Notes under the pieces: generated by a model
Seen by the model: the letters and a program-made list of their open reading frames with translations, nothing else
Databases searched by the model: none
What the model was told of the DNA's origin: nothing
DNA from: an uncultured Bifidobacteriales bacterium
GTDB taxonomy: Bacteria; Fibrobacterota; Fibrobacteria; UBA11236; JADFYW01
Length of the DNA: 61,104 bases
Assembly (NCBI GenBank): GCA_964603925.1
Contig: CAZRWX010000002.1
Span: forward strand, 1-61,104
Direction: 5' to 3'
Made by a program: the position numbers and the translations under genes
Shown here: one piece after another, positions 10,854 through 19,646 of the stretch
Position numbering within the stretch: the first letter of the stretch is position 1
Layout: each line of letters begins with the position of its first letter

Positions 10854-10899
10854 GTAGGCGACCTTTGAATTATGAATTTAATAACCTTGAATTGGATAA

Positions 10900-11042
10900 T
10901 GCCCCCCAGCCCCCTAAGAGGGTGCTAATAGGTACAGGCTTATCCTGTGTATCAGCTCCTATGGCAGATGGCTGATTACGAGTTGCTGTAATGTAAGTTG
11001 CCTTGCGTTTTTTACCCCCCCAGGGGGTTAGGGGGCTATGCC
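10900..11042. repeat. G/C-rich inverted-repeat pair (BIME-like element B) between the cytochrome b and YeeE genes
   Basis: The reverse complement of 11013-11042 (GGCATAGCCCCCTAACCCCCTGGGGGGGTA) closely matches 4754-4782, differing by two substitutions and one extra G. 10900-10925 resembles the reverse complement of 4894-4920. The interior is unrelated to element A. Confidence 0.6.
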
Positions 11043-11069
11043 AAAATGAAGAATAAATATAATACAAAC

Positions 11070-11675
11070 TTACTTCTCCAAATCTTCGTAGCCCGTAATC
11101 ATGGCCTTAATATTGGATGTGGGCGTATGACCGGTGGTAGTCATGTATATGTGTATTATTAAAAAAGATATAAGCAGAAAGGCCCCCAGGGTGTGCCAGA
11201 AGGCAATAGAACTAAGCGAAATTCCGCTGATGGAAACAGCCTGATTCTGATCGTAGGTTTTGTGGAACATGTAAAACAGGCCGGAGATTATCGTCATGGG
11301 AATTAAAATGAGTTTAAAAGCCAGGTAAGTGAGAGCCTGAAGGGGGTTAAGTTTGCTGAGGGCTGTCTTTTTAACGGGATGAGGGGCGCCCTGGAATATG
11401 CCTATGATATAATAGAGTAGTTGCTCCCGTAGTTTTTTAGTGGTGGGTAAATAGTGGCGCCACTCACCTGTGGTAATATGCCAGAAAATGGCGAAAATTA
11501 TTAGAGCCAGAAGGCTATAGCCTGCCAGGCGGTGGTATTTAACCGCCTTCTCAAATCCAAAAAAATGAATGGTGTCATGTACTTCAAACCCCGTGATCCC
11601 AAGGAATATAATTAGCATGGCCTGCGCCCAGTGCCAGAACCGTTCAAATCGTTTGTAAATTAACACGCTTTTCAT
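11070..11675 (-). CDS. b-type cytochrome membrane subunit (PF01292-like, CybH/YceJ-type)
   Basis: 201 aa, 4 TM, N-terminus RFERFWHWAQA with conserved His in TM helices. There is a 1-nt gap after the octaheme gene. Confidence 0.75.
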   Translation of the reverse strand: MKSVLIYKRFERFWHWAQAMLIIFLGITGFEVHDTIHFFGFEKAVKYHRLAGYSLLALIIFAIFWHITTGEWRHYLPTTKKLREQLLYYIIGIFQGAPHPVKKTALSKLNPLQALTYLAFKLILIPMTIISGLFYMFHKTYDQNQAVSISGISLSSIAFWHTLGAFLLISFLIIHIYMTTTGHTPTSNIKAMITGYEDLEK

Positions 11676-11676
11676 A

Positions 11677-13242
11677 TTACCGCCTGCCCCTGATGTTCAG
11701 GAATACCCGAATACTGCTATGGGAGGCAACACCTAGAAGAGAGGCTGCCGCCATGAGCCACCCGAGCATGTCCAGCAGCTTGAAGTTGTCCCTGCCAGGC
11801 AAATAAAAACCAGCCAAGGATGCCAGACGTCCCTCTTTACGAGTATGGCACTCATGGCAGGAAAGGGCTTTGTCACTGGTGGCCACCATGTGATTTATGG
11901 GCCAGTACATCTCGGTTTCTACAAAGTCATATTTACCGCTGTAGGGCAGACCCACCCTTTTCATGCCGGATGCGGAAGCCAAATTCCAGTCGAAATCCTG
12001 CCAGAAGGCGCTGTCCCCCACCTGTGGGGCATAAAGATGGGGCTGTATGAGGTATTTATTTTCTTTGTCGTAAATTTGATCACCCCGGTGGATTTTAACG
12101 GGGATAATTTTGGAGGACGGGTCGTCATAGGAACCATTTAAGGTATTCATTTGTACCGGAATAGTACTTACAAGGTCGCCTAGTATGTAATGATCGGCGG
12201 TACCGTTAAACCAGACGTAATCGGGTTTAACATTTTTGGCCCACTTAAACTCACCCTTGGTGGAGAGATAGGTGTGGTTGCCGTCCTTATTGTCTATATG
12301 GAAAGGTTTGCCATCTTTGAGCTTGCCCGCCTTGGACCACTTCCAGCTCATTTTGGTGGCATTAGCTTTGGCATAAGTTGGGATATGGCAGGCCTGACAG
12401 CTGACTTTGGCGAAATGCTTATTTAGCAGCTGATCAAAATGAGGGCTGGCGCTATGGCAGGACTCGCAGGTGGAGCGGTCAATGTTTGACGAAGATACCG
12501 AATAAAGTTTGCCCAGCATTTTATGGTTTGGGGCCCTATGACAGGCAATACATTCCAGGTTCATGCCGTTGGAGGCCATGTGGACGTCAATATCCCTGGT
12601 GCTGGTAAGTATAGCCTCCTCAAGGTCGCCATGCTTTACATTGTTGCCGCCTCCGCTGTAAAAATGGCAGGCGCCGCAGTTGGCCTTTTTAGGGGAACCA
12701 ACGCTTTGAGCTACTTTTGTTAAGTTAACTTTGCGATCGGGGTAACCAGCCAGAGCGGAGCCTTTGAGGTATTCCTCGCTGTTGTCGTGGCACACCATGC
12801 AGTCCACATTAACCGCATTATTAAAATCGAAATGATCATTGGTCATGCCAAAACCGATATGGCACTTGGCACAGGACTGTTCGTTGGTGTTTGAGCCAAT
12901 ACAGAAATTGTTGAGCAGGTTTTTTTTGCCCAGATATGACACCCCGCGCCCCTCTATATAAGATACACGCTCCCAGTTCCAATGTGAGGACATCATAACC
13001 TCTTTATGACGTTCGGTGTGGCAGGAAATACAGGCAGAGGTAACCGCCTGGGGTGAACTAAAGGGCTTCTGCAGAGCGGGGAGTTTGGTGTGATCTACAG
13101 ATGGGGAGGGTTTAATGGAATAGGCCTGTTTAAGATTCTCCAGCTTAATATTATAGGAACTGGTTTTTTTAAAGTAATTAAGACCAGCTAACAGGATGAT
13201 GGCAGCAAAAATGGTTAATAGAATGTTTTTGTTCATAGTCAA
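11677..13242 (-). CDS. Octaheme c-type cytochrome, tetrathionate reductase (OTR) family-like
   Basis: Signal anchor plus exactly eight CxxCH motifs: CISCH, CAKCH, CMVCH, CGACH, CIACH, CESCH, CQACH, CHECH. The 521-aa size fits the family. There is a hydrophobic C-terminal helix. Confidence 0.8.
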   Translation of the reverse strand: MTMNKNILLTIFAAIILLAGLNYFKKTSSYNIKLENLKQAYSIKPSPSVDHTKLPALQKPFSSPQAVTSACISCHTERHKEVMMSSHWNWERVSYIEGRGVSYLGKKNLLNNFCIGSNTNEQSCAKCHIGFGMTNDHFDFNNAVNVDCMVCHDNSEEYLKGSALAGYPDRKVNLTKVAQSVGSPKKANCGACHFYSGGGNNVKHGDLEEAILTSTRDIDVHMASNGMNLECIACHRAPNHKMLGKLYSVSSSNIDRSTCESCHSASPHFDQLLNKHFAKVSCQACHIPTYAKANATKMSWKWSKAGKLKDGKPFHIDNKDGNHTYLSTKGEFKWAKNVKPDYVWFNGTADHYILGDLVSTIPVQMNTLNGSYDDPSSKIIPVKIHRGDQIYDKENKYLIQPHLYAPQVGDSAFWQDFDWNLASASGMKRVGLPYSGKYDFVETEMYWPINHMVATSDKALSCHECHTRKEGRLASLAGFYLPGRDNFKLLDMLGWLMAAASLLGVASHSSIRVFLNIRGRR

Positions 13243-13379
13243 TTAGAATATAATCATAATCTAATATAGTATAAAGATATAAAATGGAAAAGCGTAAATA
13301 ACTTTTTGACAATCTTTTTTATGTAATCCTACAACCGTAGTAGGTAATGTGAGTTTTAACCTTTACAGGGCAAAAGCAG

Positions 13380-13834
13380 TCAATTCCCAGCCGGGATCTT
13401 TGGCTGGGAACTGGTACCCTTTCGCCCTGTAAGGTCATGGACAGACAGGTTTATTTTCTGGGCCTGCTCCAGGCTGTACTCAATAAACACTATACGCGGA
13501 AAGGGGCTTTGGGAAATGGACCGCATGCTCTTGTTCTTAATAAGTCTCTTATCTCCTGAATTGTGTTTAACACCTACCACTTTGAGGGGTTGCTCATTCA
13601 GCTTGGCAAAACCAAGTATTGAGGCTAAGGGTAATTCATCCCCGGTCTGGTCGCTTTCCCTGGGTACCAGCTCAGCAGAAAACAGGTCGCCTGTACCAAT
13701 CAGCGGCTCAGACCCGGCAATAGCCTCAACAAGGGGCTCACTCCTTATTATAAGTTTATGTTTTTGGGCTGTTTTAGAAAGTATTTTTAGAGCTAAATCA
13801 CACTTTGTTCTAGATTCTACGCTTTAGTCTGCAT
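13380..13834 (-). pseudogene. Possible frameshifted gene of unknown function
   Basis: A 148-codon open frame (13823-13380) has no start codon until a GTG at 13580 that lacks an SD. An ATG at 13834 with a G-rich SD opens a 5-codon frame offset by 1 nt from the long frame. Confidence 0.25.
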
Positions 13835-13863
13835 TTCAAAACCCCCATCCGATAGAAATCCGG

Positions 13864-15132
13864 ATGAATAAGAAAATCTGTAAAAATGATGAAGCTGGCT
13901 TTTTGTCTTATTCATTAATTTATTTTATCCCTAATCTTATGCTTTCGCCCATCACCATTCTTGACTGCAATAATTTCTGGTCTCCCTCCGGCGGTGGTGT
14001 ACGTCGTTATCACCTGCAGAAGCTGGAATATTTTAAAAACAGCCCTAATAACTATGTGTTTATGATGCAGGATGACAGGGATGAAACCGAAGTTTTAAAT
14101 GAAACCACTATTATTGAGCATATCCGGGCCCCCAAATGGAGGGGCAACTGGGATTACCGTTTTCTTACCCGATCCGCACCCATAAGGGCTTTAATTCAAA
14201 AACACAATCCTCATGTTATTGAAGTTGGATCGCCATACATTATGCCTTTTCTGGTTAAAAGAGCCGTTCACAACAGCAGCAGCCAGGCACGGCTTCTTTG
14301 TTTCTGGCATGCGGATTTCCCGGTAACTTATGTCGGCAGGTTTTTTGAAAAATGGGGTGTTTCTACTGGTAAGGGGATGGAGAACCTGGCCTGGTTATTT
14401 GCCCGCAGGGCGTTTTCCGGGTTTTCGGGCTTTATGGTTTCCTCTTTATATATAGGCGCACGCATGACCAGTAACGGTCTGGGTCCTGTCAATCATGTGC
14501 CTTTAGGGGTAGATTCCGGTTTCTTCAGGCCTGAGAATGTTGACAGGCAATTGCTAAGTGAGCTAAAGGCCGGCAATGATAAGCGACTTACCATATTTTT
14601 TCCCCATCGCTTTATGGAGGAGAAGGGTCTTCGCACTTTGCTAAAAGCTTATCCGGGTTTATGCCGTCAGCTGGGGTTGGAGCCTGCGCTTGTTTTTGCC
14701 GGCACCGGGCCGGACATGGATATGGTTAAAGACGCTGCCCGGACCAATGACCACATAAGGTATATCGGTTTTATATCTGATCGCAGTGAAATGGCTAAAT
14801 GGTATGCAACTTGCGAAATGGCGCTAGCTCTCAGCGGTCATGAAACATTTGGGCTTTCTATCCTGGAATCCATGGCCTCGGGGCAGGTCTTAGTAGGTGC
14901 CGATACAGGTGCTGCCAGTGAACATGTCAAACAATCCCAGGCAGGTGTTACTATTCCTGTCGGCAATCCCCAGGCTCTTATAAAGGCTGTTGCGGAATTA
15001 CAAGGCACAATGGACAAATCCATGTCTAAAAAAGCAGTGGACTATGCCCGTACCTTTACCTGGGAAAATTGCTTTAAAAAAGAGGAAGAGGTTTATAAAA
15101 ATGCCATAGGCAATAGTGTCCGACCAAAATAG
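13864..15132 (+). CDS. Glycosyltransferase family 1 (GT4-type)
   Basis: C-terminal ETFGLSILESMASGQVLV motif (E-x7-E region) and an N-terminal SPSGGGVRRY motif. An alternative in-frame ATG at 13939 (MLSPITIL) is probably the true start. Confidence 0.85.
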   Translation: MNKKICKNDEAGFLSYSLIYFIPNLMLSPITILDCNNFWSPSGGGVRRYHLQKLEYFKNSPNNYVFMMQDDRDETEVLNETTIIEHIRAPKWRGNWDYRFLTRSAPIRALIQKHNPHVIEVGSPYIMPFLVKRAVHNSSSQARLLCFWHADFPVTYVGRFFEKWGVSTGKGMENLAWLFARRAFSGFSGFMVSSLYIGARMTSNGLGPVNHVPLGVDSGFFRPENVDRQLLSELKAGNDKRLTIFFPHRFMEEKGLRTLLKAYPGLCRQLGLEPALVFAGTGPDMDMVKDAARTNDHIRYIGFISDRSEMAKWYATCEMALALSGHETFGLSILESMASGQVLVGADTGAASEHVKQSQAGVTIPVGNPQALIKAVAELQGTMDKSMSKKAVDYARTFTWENCFKKEEEVYKNAIGNSVRPK

Positions 15133-15333
15133 CAATCAGCATGAGCACCTGCTTTCCGTGATAGCTCATTCAGTCGATTTCGGATTAGCAATGAGCACTC
15201 ATAAAGCTAAACGCGCGAGAGATCTCACTTCTTTGCCAATTCAGTTCTAAATTATTAATCTTACACCTCACATTATGCCATACACCTGTTCCGTCCATTT
15301 GAGTCGGAGCCGTTGTCCAAAGGAGGTAATTCA

Positions 15334-15750
15334 GTGGCAAAATCATACGAAACCGTTGTTATCGTGGATGCAATGATCCCCGATGAAGCTATCGAATCAG
15401 AGTTCGATGCTATAGAGCAGCACATCTCATCCAAAGGCCAGCTTCTTAAAGCGGATAAATGGGGCAAACGTCGCATGGCCTATAATATTAAGGGTCGTTC
15501 TCATGGTGAGTACGCGGTTTTTTACTATGAATCCGAACCTGGTTTCCCCGCTGAGATGGAGAAGCGTTTTCGTATCAACGAGAATATTCTCAGATGGCTT
15601 ACCATTTCAGACAATCCTTATGGTCCTCCTCAGGACAAAGAAGAAGAGTCCTCCGTTCAGGTTTCAAAACCCAAAGAAGGCGCAAAGCCAGAGGCCGCTG
15701 CTGCTCAGGAGCCACAGACCGATCAAGCTAAGGAAGGGGGCCAGGAATGA
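15334..15750 (+). CDS. rpsF: 30S ribosomal protein S6 with acidic/low-complexity C-terminal tail
   Basis: YETVVIVD...[11 protein letters not shown] is the S6 signature. GTG at 15334 lies 7 nt after AGGAGG. The track ORF starts at 15313. Confidence 0.9.
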   Translation: MAKSYETVVIVDAMIPDEAIESEFDAIEQHISSKGQLLKADKWGKRRMAYNIKGRSHGEYAVFYYESEPGFPAEMEKRFRINENILRWLTISDNPYGPPQDKEEESSVQVSKPKEGAKPEAAAAQEPQTDQAKEGGQE

Positions 15751-15983
15751 TGAAGGATGTTCTGCCAAGGAAGAAAAAATCCTGCTGGTTTACTGAAAAC
15801 AACATTAAATACATCGATTATAAAGATGATAAGCTATTGCGCAAATATGTCAATGAAAGGGGCAAAATTACTCCCAGACGTATTTCCGGTACTTGTGCCA
15901 AGTACCAGCGTCAGCTTGCCATAGCTATTAAAAGAGCTCGAATTATTGCACTTTTACCCTATATAGCAGACAATCTTAGGTAA
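15747..15983 (+). CDS. rpsR: 30S ribosomal protein S18
   Basis: IDYKD...[18 protein letters not shown]...[14 protein letters not shown] is the S18 signature. It overlaps the rpsF stop by 4 nt. Confidence 0.9.
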   Translation: MMKDVLPRKKKSCWFTENNIKYIDYKDDKLLRKYVNERGKITPRRISGTCAKYQRQLAIAIKRARIIALLPYIADNLR

Positions 15984-16013
15984 CTAAACTATCCTGGGGC
16001 CTTTGGGCTCATT

Positions 16014-16898
16014 ATGGCAATATTTCCGGATTTTGTCGTCGGTCTTCTGGGTCTGACGCTGTTTGTGGGCCTCTATATAGCCTACTTTCCCGGCCTGTAT
16101 CTTTTGGCGAATATCGGTCGCTATTACTGGGCAGGCGGTGTGATACTTCTTGCAACATTAGGCATGTTTTTTACAGGAAGTTCGCTCAATGTCATAAATT
16201 CTCTTTATTTGTCCTCAGTTACTTTCGCTGGTTTGGCTCTTGTATACGGTGTAAGCCGTCATCTGAGCGGGACAAATATCTTTTTTCTTTGTCATTTTCC
16301 TTTGCTTTTAACCATGATCGTTTTAAGTCTGCTTCCGGCAACTTTCAGCGAATTGCAGGATATTATGATGTCTATTTTTGAGCGTATACCTCAAAAAGAA
16401 CTGTCAAATATTGGGATATATAAAAGCACAATGGAAAGCATTTCTATTACCTTCTCCAGGCTGTTTTTTGTGTTCTGGTGGCTGGATCTATCCTCCCGAT
16501 TGTTATTTGGGGCCTGGGCTCTCAGCCGTTTACAGGCGTTTTCCGGGTTAAATCTGAGGATACCCGGTCTAAGCGTTATTGGCTTTTCCAATGATTTTAT
16601 CTGGGTAATGATATCAGGCCTTATTTTATTACTTGCCGGTATGAGCTATCCGGCCAATGCCGGTTTTTTATTTTGGCTTGGGGCCTCTTTGCTGTTAATG
16701 ATGCTTCCGGTATATTTTGTAAGAGGGTGCTCAGTTTTATTCTTCAAAATAAAGGGCAAGATATTTAACAAACCATTGCCATTATTTGTTAAATTGGCTC
16801 TGATTTTGATTATTTTTTGGTTTTGGCCATATTTAATTATTTCAACAGCCTTAGTCGGCATTTTAGATACCTGGGCAGCATTTAAACAGCCCAAATAA
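16014..16898 (+). CDS. Polytopic membrane protein, DUF2232 (YybS)-like by position and architecture
   Basis: 294 aa with about 8 TM segments. It lies between rpsR and rplI, like yybS in Firmicutes. Family assignment is tentative. Confidence 0.5.
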   Translation: MAIFPDFVVGLLGLTLFVGLYIAYFPGLYLLANIGRYYWAGGVILLATLGMFFTGSSLNVINSLYLSSVTFAGLALVYGVSRHLSGTNIFFLCHFPLLLTMIVLSLLPATFSELQDIMMSIFERIPQKELSNIGIYKSTMESISITFSRLFFVFWWLDLSSRLLFGAWALSRLQAFSGLNLRIPGLSVIGFSNDFIWVMISGLILLLAGMSYPANAGFLFWLGASLLLMMLPVYFVRGCSVLFFKIKGKIFNKPLPLFVKLALILIIFWFWPYLIISTALVGILDTWAAFKQPK

Positions 16899-16915
16899 AA
16901 GAGGAACACAACATT

Positions 16916-17380
16916 ATGGAAGTCATTCTTAAATCAGATATTAAAGGCGTTGGTCAAGCGCTCGATGTAGTCAATGTCAAAAACGGCTATGCTCAAAATT
17001 TTCTTTTTCCCAAACAGCTGGCTGTTTTAGCTTCTGATAAAGCCAAAACTTTGTTAGAGCATGACAGGGCACGTGCTGCCGACGTTTACTTAAAAGAGAA
17101 GAACTCCGCTTCAGCTCTTTCTGAACGTCTCAAAGGTGCGTCTGTCACTATAGCGGCAAAGGTTGCTGAGGGTGAGCGTCTTTATGGTTCAGTTACAAAC
17201 AAAGACATTTCAGCCAAGCTTAAAGAGCAGGGCTTTGAGGTTGAACGTAAACAGATCGATCTTTCAGAACCCATCAAGCGTCTGGGTATGTATACCATTG
17301 GCGTTAAACTTCACACAGATGTAGAGGCTAAAATCAAGCTGTGGGTTATCAGTGATGAGTCGGCCTCAGTCAGTTCTTAA
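16916..17380 (+). CDS. rplI: 50S ribosomal protein L9
   Basis: MEVILKSDIKGVG...VKNGYAQNFLFPK N-terminal domain and a long connecting helix. Confidence 0.9.
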   Translation: MEVILKSDIKGVGQALDVVNVKNGYAQNFLFPKQLAVLASDKAKTLLEHDRARAADVYLKEKNSASALSERLKGASVTIAAKVAEGERLYGSVTNKDISAKLKEQGFEVERKQIDLSEPIKRLGMYTIGVKLHTDVEAKIKLWVISDESASVSS

Positions 17381-17413
17381 TAACTGTTAAACATTAATTA
17401 TCAGGGCCGGTTT

Positions 17414-18220
17414 ATGAGTAATTCCCAGGTAAACGTTATAGTTATGGGCGCCATGGGGCGCATGGGGCAGATGATCCTCAGCTGTTGTTCGCAAAATCGG
17501 GGTGTTAATGTAATAGGCGCTGTAGAGGTGCCCGGTTCTCCTTTTACAGGCCAGGCTACAGGCATATCGGGTATAAAAGTTCTGGTAACTGATAGTCTCA
17601 AATCTGTACTACAGGCGGGGGCCGTTGTCATTAATTTTACCAACCCCAAATCTACTTACGAGGCCATAGATATCTGTCATCAGCATGGTGCTAAAATGGT
17701 TATAGGTACTACGGGGCTCAGCGAGGTTGAGCTTACCAAAATTAAAGAAAAGGCCGAGGAAGTACCTCTTGTATTTTCTCCAAATATGTCTGTGGGCGTT
17801 AATCTCATGTTCAAAATTGCCCAGTTGGTGTCATCAACTCTGGGTATGGAGTTTGACGCTGAAATTATTGAGCTTCATCACAACAAAAAGAAAGACGCTC
17901 CATCTGGTACAGCGCTGGCTTTAGCACAGGCCGTGGCCGACGGTCGGCAGCAGGATCTGAATACTATTGTCAATTACGGCAGGCGGGGGCTCACTGGTGA
18001 GCGTCCCGTTGGCCAATTAGGCATTCACGCTGTACGCGGTGGTGACATTGTGGGTGAGCATTCTGTTATTTTTGCCGGGCCTAACGAGCGTATAGAGCTT
18101 AAGCATATAGCCCAAAATCGGGCACTTTTTGCCGAAGGCGCTGTTCGGGCGGCTATTTTTTTAGAAAATAAGGCCATGGGCTTTTATTCTATGTTAGATG
18201 TGTTAGGCCTTTCGGACTGA
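17414..18220 (+). CDS. dapB: 4-hydroxy-tetrahydrodipicolinate reductase
   Basis: GAMGRMGQ dinucleotide fold, the ELHHNKKKDAPSGTA signature and a GGDIVGEH motif. Confidence 0.9.
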   Translation: MSNSQVNVIVMGAMGRMGQMILSCCSQNRGVNVIGAVEVPGSPFTGQATGISGIKVLVTDSLKSVLQAGAVVINFTNPKSTYEAIDICHQHGAKMVIGTTGLSEVELTKIKEKAEEVPLVFSPNMSVGVNLMFKIAQLVSSTLGMEFDAEIIELHHNKKKDAPSGTALALAQAVADGRQQDLNTIVNYGRRGLTGERPVGQLGIHAVRGGDIVGEHSVIFAGPNERIELKHIAQNRALFAEGAVRAAIFLENKAMGFYSMLDVLGLSD

Positions 18221-18268
18221 ACATTTGTAATTTAGTGCCAATAGGCAACCTACAGCATTGATATAATT

Positions 18269-19639
18269 TTGCATATACTTATACCAAGATCTCAATATAT
18301 AAGCGGCTGTTTGGCTGGCTTGTTTATGTGTGTGTGTCAGCAGGTTAATGCCGATTCAACCTCAATTTCCCCCGCTCTAAGTCAGGTAGATTCACAGCAG
18401 GTTTCAGCTCCTGCTTCCAAAATTTCATCATCCGGCAGTCTTGAATCCACTCCGGCAGGTTCCACAGATTCATCTTCTGAAGCCTTATCAAAAGTATCAG
18501 CAGATACTTCAGTTGAGGTTACTAAAGAAGATTCCTGGGACAGCGCATTAAGCGATTCAACCCTTGTATCTCCTGGGGGTGATTCTACAAAAGGTTTAAG
18601 TTCGGGGGATACCGGCATTTCTCATTTAGATTCCACCGTCTCCGGAGATTCTCTAACCAGTTTGTCTGATTCCAGTACATCTATTATTCCTGCTGCGTCA
18701 ACACTTTTAAAAGAGCCTGTGGATATTACCACCGATAGCGCAGCAGCCCAAAAGTTACAGCGGCAGATTGCTGTTCGTGAAACCCGTATTAATACCATTG
18801 ACCAGTTCAAGGGCAAGTACAAGTCTCCTAAAAAAGCTCTGTTTATGTCCCTTCTTGCGCCTGGTCTGGGTCAGGCGTATCTGGGTAGTTACTATCGCGC
18901 CTCAGCCTATGTAATTGCAGAGGCCGGGCTCTGGTCTGGGTGGCATTATTATGTCAACGTTAAGCACGATCGTCAGGTTCGTCGCTATCGCCGGTACGCC
19001 GATGCTAATTGGAGTCATGCGGCTTACGAAGATTCCATCGTGTCTATGTTCAGCACTCAAGGTCCCGATATTATCCTCAAGGCAAATCAGACCAGGGAGA
19101 GTTTTTGCCAAATTTTTAAAGCAGGGGATGTTCAAAAAACATGCAAAGAATTTAGTGATGATTATAATACTGATTACAAAAATCTTCCTCATTATGGTTA
19201 CAGCCGTTACGATTACAGGGACAGCGTCTGGAACATAGACACTGTTTCCTTAAGGCGCAGCCAGGATATTCCCATTAATGTAATTCACGATTTTTATGAA
19301 ATTATAGGCAAACACGATGAGTATGTGTCCGGTTGGCGTGATGTCAGCAGCTTTGAAATCAGGGATTCTGTCATATATGGTGAAAGTATCTTGAGGGGCA
19401 CTTACCGTGATATGCGCGCCAAGGCTACCAGGTATTCACGTATGCAGACCTGGTTTCTGGGTGGTATATTTATTAATCATCTGGTGTCAGGCCTGGATGC
19501 CGCTATAGCAGCCCGGTTTCATAACAAAAAGCTCTATCAGACTGATGTCCAATGGTATGATCGCGTCAGGTTACACAGCTATCTTGCCTTTTACCATAGC
19601 GAGCCGTATCCTACAGTTGTGGCATATCTGCCTTTTTAA
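18269..19639 (+). CDS. DUF5683-motif membrane protein with Ser/Thr/Asp-rich N-terminal region
   Basis: LLAPGLGQAYLGSYYRA motif followed by a TM segment, and a second TM near the C-terminus (FLGGIFINHLVSGLDAAIAA). The track start is TTG; the true start is uncertain. Confidence 0.55.
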   Translation: MHILIPRSQYISGCLAGLFMCVCQQVNADSTSISPALSQVDSQQVSAPASKISSSGSLESTPAGSTDSSSEALSKVSADTSVEVTKEDSWDSALSDSTLVSPGGDSTKGLSSGDTGISHLDSTVSGDSLTSLSDSSTSIIPAASTLLKEPVDITTDSAAAQKLQRQIAVRETRINTIDQFKGKYKSPKKALFMSLLAPGLGQAYLGSYYRASAYVIAEAGLWSGWHYYVNVKHDRQVRRYRRYADANWSHAAYEDSIVSMFSTQGPDIILKANQTRESFCQIFKAGDVQKTCKEFSDDYNTDYKNLPHYGYSRYDYRDSVWNIDTVSLRRSQDIPINVIHDFYEIIGKHDEYVSGWRDVSSFEIRDSVIYGESILRGTYRDMRAKATRYSRMQTWFLGGIFINHLVSGLDAAIAARFHNKKLYQTDVQWYDRVRLHSYLAFYHSEPYPTVVAYLPF

Positions 19640-19646
19640 TTTATGA

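Noticed and set aside
13380-13580. The FIEYSLEQAQKINLSVHDLTGRK segment resembles a T9SS C-terminal sorting domain.
   Set aside because: The resemblance covers only about 25 residues, and the protein ends about 17 residues later, without the rest of the domain. The upstream frame lacks a start. I kept it only as a low-confidence pseudogene.
15133-15333. Possible rpsF (S6:S18-binding) leader RNA.
   Set aside because: I could not identify the conserved structure by eye. It is mentioned only as something for an Rfam scan to check.
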